The position numbers and the translations under genes were made by a program. A DNA stretch of 64,000 nucleotides from Candidatus Staskawiczbacteria bacterium (GTDB taxonomy: Bacteria > Patescibacteriota > Minisyncoccia > Minisyncoccales > Staskawiczbacteraceae). Positions 43,329 to 51,310 of the stretch are shown here, piece after piece; position 1 is the first letter of the stretch, and every line of letters begins with the position of its first letter. The DNA lies in contig JAPLZF010000017.1 of NCBI GenBank assembly GCA_026395175.1, positions 12,017-76,016 on the forward strand, given 5' to 3'. The notes beneath the pieces are model-generated. The model saw nothing but the letters and a program-made list of their open reading frames with translations. It made no database searches and was not told where the DNA came from.

Positions 43329-43883
43329 ATGAGTTCTGTAACGGAAAAAATATTGTTGCATTTATATGATTGCGTTGATTATGGTTTTAGTTATCGGGCG
43401 AAGAAGGGGTTTTTTATTTCGGAATATTTTGACCACTGGAAAAATGAAATTAGTCCCAGTAAAATTAAAGACGGCATAAGGGATTTAAACAAGCAGAAAT
43501 TTATCAGGAAGAAAGAAAAATATGACGGTTCGGTGTTTGTCTCGCTTACAGAGAAGGGCAGGCTGAGAGCTCTTAACCTTAAATTCAGGTGCCTTGGGAA
43601 CAAAAAAGAAAAATGGGATGGAAAATGGCGGATGGTGGCTTTTGATATTCCCGATAAATATAAAAAAGGAAGAAGTGCATTAAGATACAGACTGAAAATG
43701 GCGGGCTTCTACGAACTTCAGGAAAGCTTATTTTTATATCCTTATGATTGCCAAGAAGAGATGAAAAATCTTGTAAATTTATTTAATTTGCGAAAGTATG
43801 TATGTTTTGCAGTAATCACCAGTATAGACGACGAAAGAATTATAAGAGTAGAGCAAAGAATAAAAAAGCTTAAAACGTCGTAA
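43329..43883 (+). CDS. PaaX-like regulator (winged helix plus Cas2-fold PaaX_C-like domain), paralog 1
   Basis: WDGKWRMVAFDIPDKYKKGRSALRYRLKMAGFYELQESLFLYPYD matches the W.G.W..V.FD.P...R..LR..L...GF..LQ.S pattern. The ATG at 43329 follows an extended -10, tgaTATAAT (43301-43309). Confidence 0.6.
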   Translation: MSSVTEKILLHLYDCVDYGFSYRAKKGFFISEYFDHWKNEISPSKIKDGIRDLNKQKFIRKKEKYDGSVFVSLTEKGRLRALNLKFRCLGNKKEKWDGKWRMVAFDIPDKYKKGRSALRYRLKMAGFYELQESLFLYPYDCQEEMKNLVNLFNLRKYVCFAVITSIDDERIIRVEQRIKKLKTS

Positions 43884-43889
43884 TTTGTG

Positions 43890-43933
43890 ATACTGGTAGC
43901 GTTTTTGCCTCCAGCCAAAAACGCTACCAGTAT
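43890..43933 (+). repeat. 18-bp-stem palindrome, copy 2 (downstream of PaaX-like gene 1)
   Basis: atactggtagcgtttttg cctccagc caaaaacgctaccagtat. Shares the core ggtagcgtttttgcctccag.caaaaacgctacc with copy 1. Confidence 0.9.
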
Positions 43934-43950
43934 ACCAGTAATATATTGGG

Positions 43951-44050
43951 TTTAGTTTAGTTTAGTTTAGTTTAGTTTAGTTTAGTTTAGTTTAGTTTAG
44001 TTTAGTTTAGTTTAGTTTAGTTTAGTTTAGTTTAGTTTAGTTTAGTTTAG
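43951..44050 (+). repeat. Pentanucleotide microsatellite (TTTAG)x20
   Basis: I counted 100 nt of perfect tttag units. Degenerate T/G-rich sequence follows to about 44100. Intergenic, upstream of rmuC. Confidence 0.95.
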
Positions 44051-44112
44051 TATTGTTCTGTTGTTTCTTGGTAAATTTTGCGTTGGGTTTAGTTTTGAGG
44101 TAGAATAATATT

Positions 44113-45132
44113 ATGGACATTACAACAATACTTTTAATTGTAATTGCGGTGGGGGTGGTGACGGCGATTTTTTTGTTGGTTGTGCGGAGAAGTCCTTCGA
44201 CGGGCTCAGGACAAAAGCAAGACGATAACTCGTTCTTGCTTTTGCATCAGCAGATAAATCAAATTGCGCAGGCAGTTGATTCAAAGTTGTCCGAGTCAAA
44301 TAAAAATGTTCAGGAGCAATTTAAGCATTCAGCCGACATTATTAGAAATGTTACCGAAAAATTAACCAAGCTGGACGAAACAAACAGGCAAGTGGTTGGG
44401 TTTGCCGACCAGTTGAAAGGCTTGCAGGACATTTTGAAAAATCCAAAACAGCGGGGGATTTTGGGCGAATATTATTTGGAAACTGTTTTAAAAAATGTTT
44501 TACCGCCGGGTTCTTACCAAATGCAATATGGGTTTTCAAACGGAGAAATTGTTGACGCGGTTGTTTTTGTGGACAAAAGAATAATTCCAATTGACTCAAA
44601 ATTTTCTTTAGATAACTACAACCGAATGCTTCAGACAAATGACCCTTTAGAGAAAAAAAGACTTGAAACAGCTTTTGTTAATGATTTAAAATTAAGAATT
44701 GATGAAACCTCAAAATATGTACGGCCAGAAGAAAAAACAATGGATTTTGCTTTTATGTTTATTCCGTCTGAAGCTGTTTATTATGACTTGCTGATAAACA
44801 AAGTGGGAGTTGTTTCTGAAGACACAAATAATTTAATTTATTATGCCGGCAAGAAAAAAGTTATTGTTGTTTCGCCAACTTCATTTTTGGCATATTTGCA
44901 GACGGTTTTGCAGGGGCTGAGAAATCAAAAAATTTCAGACCAGGCGCAGACAATAATTAAAGAAGTTGAAAGGCTGGGCAAACATTTGTTTACGTATTCA
45001 GAACATTTTAACCGGCTGGGCACGCATTTGGAAGCAACAACAAGCAGCTTTAACAAGGCAAAAGTTGAATTTGGCAAAATTGACAAAGACGTTGTAAAAC
45101 TTACGGGCAGCAACCCAACGCTTGACGAATAA
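44113..45132 (+). CDS. rmuC: DNA recombination protein RmuC
   Basis: N-terminal TM, coiled coil, GILGEYYLETVLKNVLP...VDAVVFVDKRIIPIDSKFSLDNY and FMFIPSEAVY. The -10 tagaat (44101-44106) ends 6 nt before the ATG, so the mRNA may be leaderless. Confidence 0.8.
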   Translation: MDITTILLIVIAVGVVTAIFLLVVRRSPSTGSGQKQDDNSFLLLHQQINQIAQAVDSKLSESNKNVQEQFKHSADIIRNVTEKLTKLDETNRQVVGFADQLKGLQDILKNPKQRGILGEYYLETVLKNVLPPGSYQMQYGFSNGEIVDAVVFVDKRIIPIDSKFSLDNYNRMLQTNDPLEKKRLETAFVNDLKLRIDETSKYVRPEEKTMDFAFMFIPSEAVYYDLLINKVGVVSEDTNNLIYYAGKKKVIVVSPTSFLAYLQTVLQGLRNQKISDQAQTIIKEVERLGKHLFTYSEHFNRLGTHLEATTSSFNKAKVEFGKIDKDVVKLTGSNPTLDE

Positions 45133-45160
45133 GCCATTTTTTGCTAAACTATATCTATTA

Positions 45161-45233
45161 CGCTCGGCAATCAAATTTTTTTTCGCTAAGTCCTCGCTTC
45201 GCTGCGGAGCTCAAAAAAATTTATTGCCTCGCT
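45161..45233 (+). repeat. 73-nt palindromic intergenic element, copy 2 (9 nt before the rplU ATG)
   Basis: Identical to copy 3 and 1 nt different from copy 1. Confidence 0.9.
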
Positions 45234-45242
45234 TATACTTAC

Positions 45243-45548
45243 ATGTTAGCTATTATAAAAACCGGAGGTAAGCAATATATTGTTAAACCCGGAGACAAAT
45301 TAAAAGTGGAAAAATTGGACAAGAAAGAAGGTGAAGCCTTTTATTTTTCAGATGTTTTATTGGTTGAAAAAAATAAAAAAATTGAAATTGGAACTCCTTT
45401 AGTAAAAGCAGAAGTGCAGGCAAAAGTTGTAAGCCATGGGAAAGGAGACAAAATAATTGTTTATAAATACAAACCGAAAAAAAGAGAAAGCAGAAAAATT
45501 GGCCACAGACAGCCATATACAGAAATAGAAATTATTGGCATTAAGTAA
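45243..45548 (+). CDS. rplU: 50S ribosomal protein L21
   Basis: MLAIIKTGGKQYIVKPGDKLKVEKL...GHRQPYTEIEI. The ORF-track start at 45141 runs through the repeat, so the start was moved to the ATG at 45243. Confidence 0.9.
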   Translation: MLAIIKTGGKQYIVKPGDKLKVEKLDKKEGEAFYFSDVLLVEKNKKIEIGTPLVKAEVQAKVVSHGKGDKIIVYKYKPKKRESRKIGHRQPYTEIEIIGIK

Positions 45549-45565
45549 ATTTATTTAAAAATTTT

Positions 45566-45588
45566 AAACCCGCAAAGGCGGGTTTTTT
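45566..45588 (+). terminator. Intrinsic terminator after rplU
   Basis: Stem aaacccgc / gcgggttt with loop aaag, followed by a T-run. Confidence 0.8.
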
Positions 45589-45718
45589 GTTGCATGCAAA
45601 AATGGAAAAGGCTTGACAAGGTTTTTGGTTGGAGTAGCATAGAAAAACCAATATAAAGAATGGTTTAGGACAAGAATTATTCTTTAATGATTTATTATTA
45701 AAAGTAATTTTTAATTAC

Positions 45719-47734
45719 ATGAGCAAAACATTTCATAAGAGTTTTGTATTTTTGTTTGCCGCAATTTTTGCAATGTGCGGTTTTTTTATTGCCAGCGATG
45801 TACTCGCAGCAAGAACCCTTAATTCTGTAACGATTAATGGGGTAAGCAGTGTTTTTGTTAAGGGAGGACAAGCAGTTACCATCGCCGTAACCGTTACATT
45901 GTCTGGTACATCCTCAAACTCATGGTATTCCACGAGGTATCAGATTGGTACTTTGGGATGGGTTTGTGTTGATACTCCCGATCATCTTTCTGGTCACAAT
46001 GGAACCTATACAGAGACGTTTTCAATAACAGCACCAGTAGCACAAGGAAACTATAATCTTGCTATTACCGCACACGGTCGAGATAATACCTGTAATACTT
46101 CTTACAGCACAAACCAGATCACATTAACGAATGGAATTATTGTTGATAATACCGCGCCGACGCTGAATTTACCTGCCGATATAATCCAGCAGGCAACGGG
46201 GATAACTGGTAAAATAATAGATTACACAGCAACCGCCAATGATTCCTATCCAGCACATCCTGCAGTAAATTGCACTCCGCCGTCTGGCTCAGTCTTTCCA
46301 ATTGGACTAACAACTGTGAATTGTTCTGCGACCGATAATGCAGGCAATATTTCAAATGGCAGTTTTAAGGTTGAAATAACAAAATTAGACCAGACAATTT
46401 CTGTGACAAAATCTGCGCCGGTGAGCGCGATTTATGGAGATAATTTTGATGTTTCGGCGAGTGCGACTTCAGGATTAGATGTTGTCATCACAACTTCGGG
46501 TTCTTGTTTTGGTGATGGGACAAATTCTGCGACAATCACAATGACAAGTGGCGCAGGAACTTGCGCAGTGCATTATAATCAAGCGGGTGATCCGTCTTAT
46601 AATCCTGCTCCCGAAGTTATAGAAAATACAACAGCTCAACCAAAAATTATAAATGTTACCGCTGATGCTAAAGGCAAAAATTACGGCGACGCCGGCTCGG
46701 CTTTGACTTATGTAAATGATCCGTTAGTCGGCAGTGATTCTTTTACCGGCGACCTATCCCGCGACCCTGGCGAAGATGTTGGTGTCTACGCCATCACGCA
46801 AGGAACATTAGCTTTAAGCGGTAATTATACTTTAAATTATGTTCCAGCAAACTTAACGATTTCGCAGTTTATTCCTGTCATCAATGTTATAATTGAAGCT
46901 AAAAACAAAACCTACGGCGATGCCGACCCTGCTTTGACTTATACTTTTTCTCCTGCGTTGTATGACGGAGATACTTTCAGCGGTTCGTTGAGCCGGGCAA
47001 GCGGAGAAGATGTCGGTTTTTATGTCATTGCTCAAGGCACTTTAACGGCTGGTCCTAATTATAATTTAAGTTTTGCAGGAGCCGACCTAACAATTAATCA
47101 GAAAGATATTACCACAACCGCCGATGTCAAAAACAAAACCTACGGCGATGCCGACCCGGCATTTACTTACCAAATTACCAGCGGTTCGTTGGTCGGTAGT
47201 GATGCTTTTTCCGGTGACCTAACTCGCAATGCAGGTGAAGATGTCGGCATTTACGCTATCACGCAAGGAACGTTGTCTGCCGGTCCTAATTATAATTTAA
47301 GTTTTGCAGGAGCCGACCTAATAATTAATCAGAAAGATATTACTGTTACTGCCAATCCTAAAAATAAAATTTACAATGATGCCGACCCGGCTTTGACTTA
47401 CACCAGTGACCCGTTAGCTTTTGGCGATTCTTTTACTGGCGCGTTAATCCGCGATGACGGCGAAAGCGTTGGCAGTTATGCTATCAACCAAGGAACATTA
47501 AGCGCTGGGACAAATTATAATATAACATTTGTTCCTTCTATTTTTACTATTATGCCTTTGACAGGCGGAAGCGGAGGCAACGGATACAACAAACCATCGG
47601 AAATCAAAACTAATGATTTTGATATGTTGATTGCAGATTGGGGCAAAAATGGATCAAGCGCAGAGGATTTAAATCATGACGGCGTGGTTGATGAATATGA
47701 TTTGGCATTATTAATGTCCAATTGGAGCTTATAA
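45719..47734 (+). CDS. Secreted adhesin-like protein: HYR-like domain, five MBG-type repeats, C-terminal dockerin-like module
   Basis: Signal peptide. HYR-like DNTAPTLNLPADI...CSATDNAGN. Five ~75-aa repeats (KNKTYGDADPALTY...GEDVG.YAI.QGTL....NY.L.....LTI), with near-identical ~60-nt stretches starting about 47051 and 47282. C-terminal DLNHDGVVDEYDLALLMSNW. Confidence 0.75.
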   Translation: MSKTFHKSFVFLFAAIFAMCGFFIASDVLAARTLNSVTINGVSSVFVKGGQAVTIAVTVTLSGTSSNSWYSTRYQIGTLGWVCVDTPDHLSGHNGTYTETFSITAPVAQGNYNLAITAHGRDNTCNTSYSTNQITLTNGIIVDNTAPTLNLPADIIQQATGITGKIIDYTATANDSYPAHPAVNCTPPSGSVFPIGLTTVNCSATDNAGNISNGSFKVEITKLDQTISVTKSAPVSAIYGDNFDVSASATSGLDVVITTSGSCFGDGTNSATITMTSGAGTCAVHYNQAGDPSYNPAPEVIENTTAQPKIINVTADAKGKNYGDAGSALTYVNDPLVGSDSFTGDLSRDPGEDVGVYAITQGTLALSGNYTLNYVPANLTISQFIPVINVIIEAKNKTYGDADPALTYTFSPALYDGDTFSGSLSRASGEDVGFYVIAQGTLTAGPNYNLSFAGADLTINQKDITTTADVKNKTYGDADPAFTYQITSGSLVGSDAFSGDLTRNAGEDVGIYAITQGTLSAGPNYNLSFAGADLIINQKDITVTANPKNKIYNDADPALTYTSDPLAFGDSFTGALIRDDGESVGSYAINQGTLSAGTNYNITFVPSIFTIMPLTGGSGGNGYNKPSEIKTNDFDMLIADWGKNGSSAEDLNHDGVVDEYDLALLMSNWSL

Positions 47735-47762
47735 ATCTAATATAAATTAAAAAAACATAACT

Positions 47763-48500
47763 ATGAAAAAAATAATTTTATTAGCATTGATAATTGCTGG
47801 GACATTGTCATTGTCAGTAGGACAAATAGTTTTAGCCGATGCTTCAACATTGTCTGTGTCGCCTGCATCAGCCAATAATTCTGTTGGCGCAGAGTTTGAT
47901 GTTTTAGTCCAGCTGAATCCGGCCAATAATAAAGTTTGCGTTGTTAAGGGAACAATAGACCTGACAAATTTGTCTTGCCAAAGCATTACTCTTGCAAGTG
48001 GCGTTATGGCTCAAACAACTCCAACTTGCGCTTCTCCAAACTTTGTTTTAGGAATTCCAAAATGTTCAGCAGTTGAACAAAATCTTTTTTCAGTATCAGT
48101 TCAAGGAATTCAAGCCGGACCGGCAACTTTGTCTATTGAAGGAGCAAAAGTCATTGGAGCAGGAGCGGATGTGGCTTCCACTTTACAGAACGGAACATAT
48201 AACATTACAGCTGTAATTCCAACGCCAGTTTTGGCGCCAATTGTTGCGCCAAAAACGCCTAAACCTGTTCAGCCAGTTGCTCAGCAAGAATTGCAACCGG
48301 CTCAAGAATCTCAAACTTTTATTGAGCAGACAACAACTCCTGAAAATTCTGAAAATAATGTCCCAACAACTGCTGGGACAGCCGGCTTGTCGTCAATAGT
48401 TAAATCTGTTTATTTTTGGCCGATATTAATCATACTTATTATTGTTTTGGCAGGATACGGCATTTATTATTTCTTGGAAAGAAAAAAGGAGAAAAAATAA
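47763..48500 (+). CDS. Membrane-anchored cohesin-like protein
   Basis: Signal peptide. LSVSPASANNSVGAEFDVLVQLNP...VKGTIDL...FSVSVQGIQAGPATLSIEGAKV resembles a cohesin beta-sandwich. Pro-rich linker and C-terminal TM VYFWPILIILIIVLAGYGIYYF followed by ERKKEKK. Confidence 0.55.
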   Translation: MKKIILLALIIAGTLSLSVGQIVLADASTLSVSPASANNSVGAEFDVLVQLNPANNKVCVVKGTIDLTNLSCQSITLASGVMAQTTPTCASPNFVLGIPKCSAVEQNLFSVSVQGIQAGPATLSIEGAKVIGAGADVASTLQNGTYNITAVIPTPVLAPIVAPKTPKPVQPVAQQELQPAQESQTFIEQTTTPENSENNVPTTAGTAGLSSIVKSVYFWPILIILIIVLAGYGIYYFLERKKEKK

Positions 48501-48524
48501 TTGTTTATTGCCACAAAGCAAACG

Positions 48525-48549
48525 AAAGCCCGCAAAAGCCGGGCTTTTT
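48525..48549 (+). terminator. Intrinsic terminator
   Basis: Stem agcccg/cgggct with loop caaaagc, followed by a T-run. Confidence 0.7.
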
Positions 48550-48560
48550 AGTTATCCACA

Positions 48561-48588
48561 TTGACATTGTTTTTGATGAGAGTAGAAT
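48561..48588 (+). promoter_or_regulatory. Promoter TTGACA-16-TAGAAT abutted by a TTATCCACA box
   Basis: ttatccaca at 48552-48560 directly precedes ttgaca at 48561-48566. tagaat is at 48583-48588. Confidence 0.55.
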
Positions 48589-48684
48589 TAGAAAAAATGT
48601 GTCTGAATTCTAAATAAGGATAGAGGCGAAAGCCCTTTTCCAATATAACATAACCGGAACCAAGTCAACGAGGAGGAATTAGCT

Positions 48685-49641
48685 ATGAGCAAGTACTTTG
48701 ATGGATGGCCACATGTTATTGAATCGCAGCAGTTTTCGCGGGAATGGCTTGAAAGGGAATTTTTGCCGCTTGGCGATGAAATGCAAGTTATTTTTGAACA
48801 AGGAGGATGTGATATTCTGCATGGCAAAAAGATGGTATCGTTTTTTTATAAGCCGTCAACAAGGACAAGAATGTCTTTTCAGATGGCAATGGAATATCTT
48901 GGCGGACGAACTGTTTTTGCGACAGAGAACGCCAGGGAATTTTCATCGGCAAGGAAAGGCGAAACCCTGTCCGATACCATCAAGGTAATCAGCCGATACC
49001 GTCCAGATGTTATTGTAATCCGGTACGATTTCGAGCTTGGCGCGAAATTCGCTTCCGAAGTTTCCACTGTGCCAATTCTTAATGCCGGCGACCGCGAACC
49101 GGGTCAGCATCCAACGCAGGCATTGCTGGACTGGCGCACGATTTATAAGCGCCGTGGAGCCATTGACGGATTGCGAATTGCCATGGTCGGCGACTTGAAA
49201 AATGGACGCACTGTCCGGTCGCTATGCTATCTGCTCGGCAAGTTCAAAGGCGTGATTATCGATTTCATCTCTCCGCCGGAAATGATAATGGGAAGTGATG
49301 TGAAGGCCTATCTTAGTCGCCATGGAGTAGGGTTTACAGAGTCGACCGATCTGCGCGAAATTGCGCCACATGTTGGCGCGATTTATCAAACTCGCACTCA
49401 GGCAGAGTGCGGAGCGGCGCTGGACAGAAACGACCATGAGCTGGGTTATTTCACCGTTGATGCCGAGATTGTTATGGCAATGAAGAAAGATGCGATTATT
49501 ATGCATCCTTTGCCTCGCGTAGACGAGATTGCCACCGAAGTTGACTCAGACCCTCGCGCGGTTTACCTAACCGAGCAAATCGATAGCGGGCTGGTCACTC
49601 GGATGGCGCTACTTGATATGATATTGGTTCCTGATTCATAG
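48685..49641 (+). CDS. pyrB: Aspartate carbamoyltransferase catalytic-subunit-like protein (GC-rich island 3)
   Basis: FYKPSTRTRMSF (STRTR), HPTQALLD, and MHPLPRVDEI (HPLPR is the ATCase type; OTCase has HCLP). GAGGAGG Shine-Dalgarno. Hand count gives 57 G+C in 49021-49120. Confidence 0.8.
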   Translation: MSKYFDGWPHVIESQQFSREWLEREFLPLGDEMQVIFEQGGCDILHGKKMVSFFYKPSTRTRMSFQMAMEYLGGRTVFATENAREFSSARKGETLSDTIKVISRYRPDVIVIRYDFELGAKFASEVSTVPILNAGDREPGQHPTQALLDWRTIYKRRGAIDGLRIAMVGDLKNGRTVRSLCYLLGKFKGVIIDFISPPEMIMGSDVKAYLSRHGVGFTESTDLREIAPHVGAIYQTRTQAECGAALDRNDHELGYFTVDAEIVMAMKKDAIIMHPLPRVDEIATEVDSDPRAVYLTEQIDSGLVTRMALLDMILVPDS

Positions 49642-49671
49642 AACCAATTAAGCTTCGGCTTTCTTGGTTGT

Positions 49672-49697
49672 GGGGCAACGAAAGTTGCCCCTTTTTA
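49672..49697 (+). terminator. Intrinsic terminator (GNRA-loop hairpin)
   Basis: ggggcaac gaaa gttgcccc, then T5. Confidence 0.85.
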
Positions 49698-49725
49698 TTT
49701 TTAGAAAATTTGGTAAGGTATAAAT

Positions 49726-50418
49726 ATGGCAGATATAAATCAGGAGATAAAATGGCTTTTGAGGGATAAATACTTTGGGAACCTGACTGCCGGCAGGCAG
49801 GGCCAAAAAAATTTTATAAAAGATGTTAAACGGCTCAAGGCGGGTGAGCCGTTGGATTATGTAATTGGTTTTACTGAGTTTTTGGGATGCAAAATTGATT
49901 TGTCAAAAAAGCCTTTAATTCCCAGGCAAGAAACCGAGTATTGGGTGGAGGAAGCGATGAAAAAAATAAAAGGCGGAAAAGTTTTGGACTTATTTGCCGG
50001 TTCCGGATGCATTGGAATTGCTATTTCACGCCACGTGAAAAAAGCTAAAGTTGATTTTGCAGATAAGCGCCAATATTTTAAAAATAAAAATTTTATTAAG
50101 TCAGATGTTTTTTCTAATATTCATGAAAAATACGATTATATCTTTGCCAATCCTCCGTATATTCCAAAAACAAGAAAAAACAAATTGCCAAAGTCGGTTT
50201 TAAATTTTGAACCGCATAATGCATTGTTTGCAGGAAAGGACGGACTTTTTTATATCAGGAAATTTTTAAAAGACGCCAAAAAATATTTGAATGCCGGCGG
50301 GAAAATTTTCATGGAATTTGATTGCGCGCAGAAGAAAGAAATAGAAAAGCTATTAAAACCCCCTTATGAATTTCACAAAGACCAGTTTGCCCGCTGGCGC
50401 TGGGTTGAAATATCTTAA
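49726..50418 (+). CDS. prmC: Release-factor glutamine N5-methyltransferase PrmC (HemK)
   Basis: [15 protein letters not shown] motif and FANPPYI (NPPY). Confidence 0.8.
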   Translation: MADINQEIKWLLRDKYFGNLTAGRQGQKNFIKDVKRLKAGEPLDYVIGFTEFLGCKIDLSKKPLIPRQETEYWVEEAMKKIKGGKVLDLFAGSGCIGIAISRHVKKAKVDFADKRQYFKNKNFIKSDVFSNIHEKYDYIFANPPYIPKTRKNKLPKSVLNFEPHNALFAGKDGLFYIRKFLKDAKKYLNAGGKIFMEFDCAQKKEIEKLLKPPYEFHKDQFARWRWVEIS

Positions 50419-50515
50419 TTAAACAGGTAGTATAAAATAATAAGCCCGGTGGTCGGGTTTTTTGCCCTTTGAAATTTAATAAGCGAGGAATCGCTTAAAC
50501 GATAAGGAGATGATT

Positions 50516-51013
50516 ATGAATACCGTAAAACCTGTAAAGAATGTTCTGATAATTTGCGGCAGAGACATAGACTTGCGCCAAGTCATGGAGATGAGCGCTG
50601 ATTCTGTAGTAAAAGACCGCATCAACATTCATGTAATGAACTGCCACAGAAACCTTTGGTCGATAATGAACTTTGTCGGGCGCAACGATTTGTCCACGTA
50701 TAGCGTGGTAATCGGCATTGCCACAAAAGCGCTGCCCGTGCCTACTGTTGTTGATACTTGGGTTCGTTTTTACAAGCGGAATGTCCGGGTTGTTGGAGTT
50801 GCCTTCGGCGCGCCGGACAGCAGAGATTTAAGGATAGCACAGATTTATATTAAGCGAATTCCCGGCCAGTCTGATGTTTTGGACGCAACCGGCAATGTTT
50901 ACAGCAATTCTGAGGGATTGGCCGAACTGCTTTTGCGCATCAGCAATGAAGACTTGCCACAAATTGCGCCAAGAGAAGAAAAGTCAGCCAAGACAAGATG
51001 CTGGCTGGGCTGA
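50516..51013 (+). CDS. Divergent PurE (AIR carboxylase)-fold protein with degenerate active-site motifs (GC-rich island 4)
   Basis: By-eye alignment to PurE: LIICGRDID vs IMGSKSD, IHVMNCHRN vs VVSAHRT, VVIGIATKALPVP vs IIAGAGGAAHLPG, VVGVAF vs VIGVPV. AAGGAG Shine-Dalgarno 6 nt before the ATG at 50516. Confidence 0.4.
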   Translation: MNTVKPVKNVLIICGRDIDLRQVMEMSADSVVKDRINIHVMNCHRNLWSIMNFVGRNDLSTYSVVIGIATKALPVPTVVDTWVRFYKRNVRVVGVAFGAPDSRDLRIAQIYIKRIPGQSDVLDATGNVYSNSEGLAELLLRISNEDLPQIAPREEKSAKTRCWLG

Positions 51014-51059
51014 AAGCTGTGTGGATAATGTTCATTGAAAAGGAAGGAGGTGTTTGCGC

Positions 51060-51209
51060 ATGTCTGAGATGATTAAGGATCTGCGAGATTCCGATCAAAT
51101 AATGAAGTTGTTGCTACAACTTCTAAATGAGAGCCGTATTACAAAAGAGGAGTATGAAATTTTGGTAGACGCCGTAGAACGGCGCTGCGAAGCTTACAGC
51201 ATGGCGTGA
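51060..51209 (+). CDS. Small hypothetical protein (49 aa; GC-rich island 4)
   Basis: MSEMIKDLRDSDQIMKLLLQLLNESRITKEEYEILVDAVERRCEAYSMA. GGAGG lies 9 nt before the ATG. Below the ORF-track size cutoff. Confidence 0.45.
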   Translation: MSEMIKDLRDSDQIMKLLLQLLNESRITKEEYEILVDAVERRCEAYSMA

Positions 51210-51240
51210 AGGCGTGAATCGGTCATGAATCGGCTATTAT

Positions 51241-51277
51241 GTCCTTTGGAATCTTTTAGAAACCAAGGGACTTTTTT
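51241..51277 (+). terminator. Intrinsic terminator
   Basis: Stem gtcctttgg / ccaagggac, then T6. Confidence 0.7.
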
Positions 51278-51310
51278 ATTATTTTAATTTTTATGATATA
51301 ATAACTAAAC

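Noticed and set aside
43951-44050. Whether the TTTAG tandem array is a CRISPR array.
   Set aside because: The unit is only 5 nt with no spacers, and there are no cas genes nearby. It is a microsatellite.
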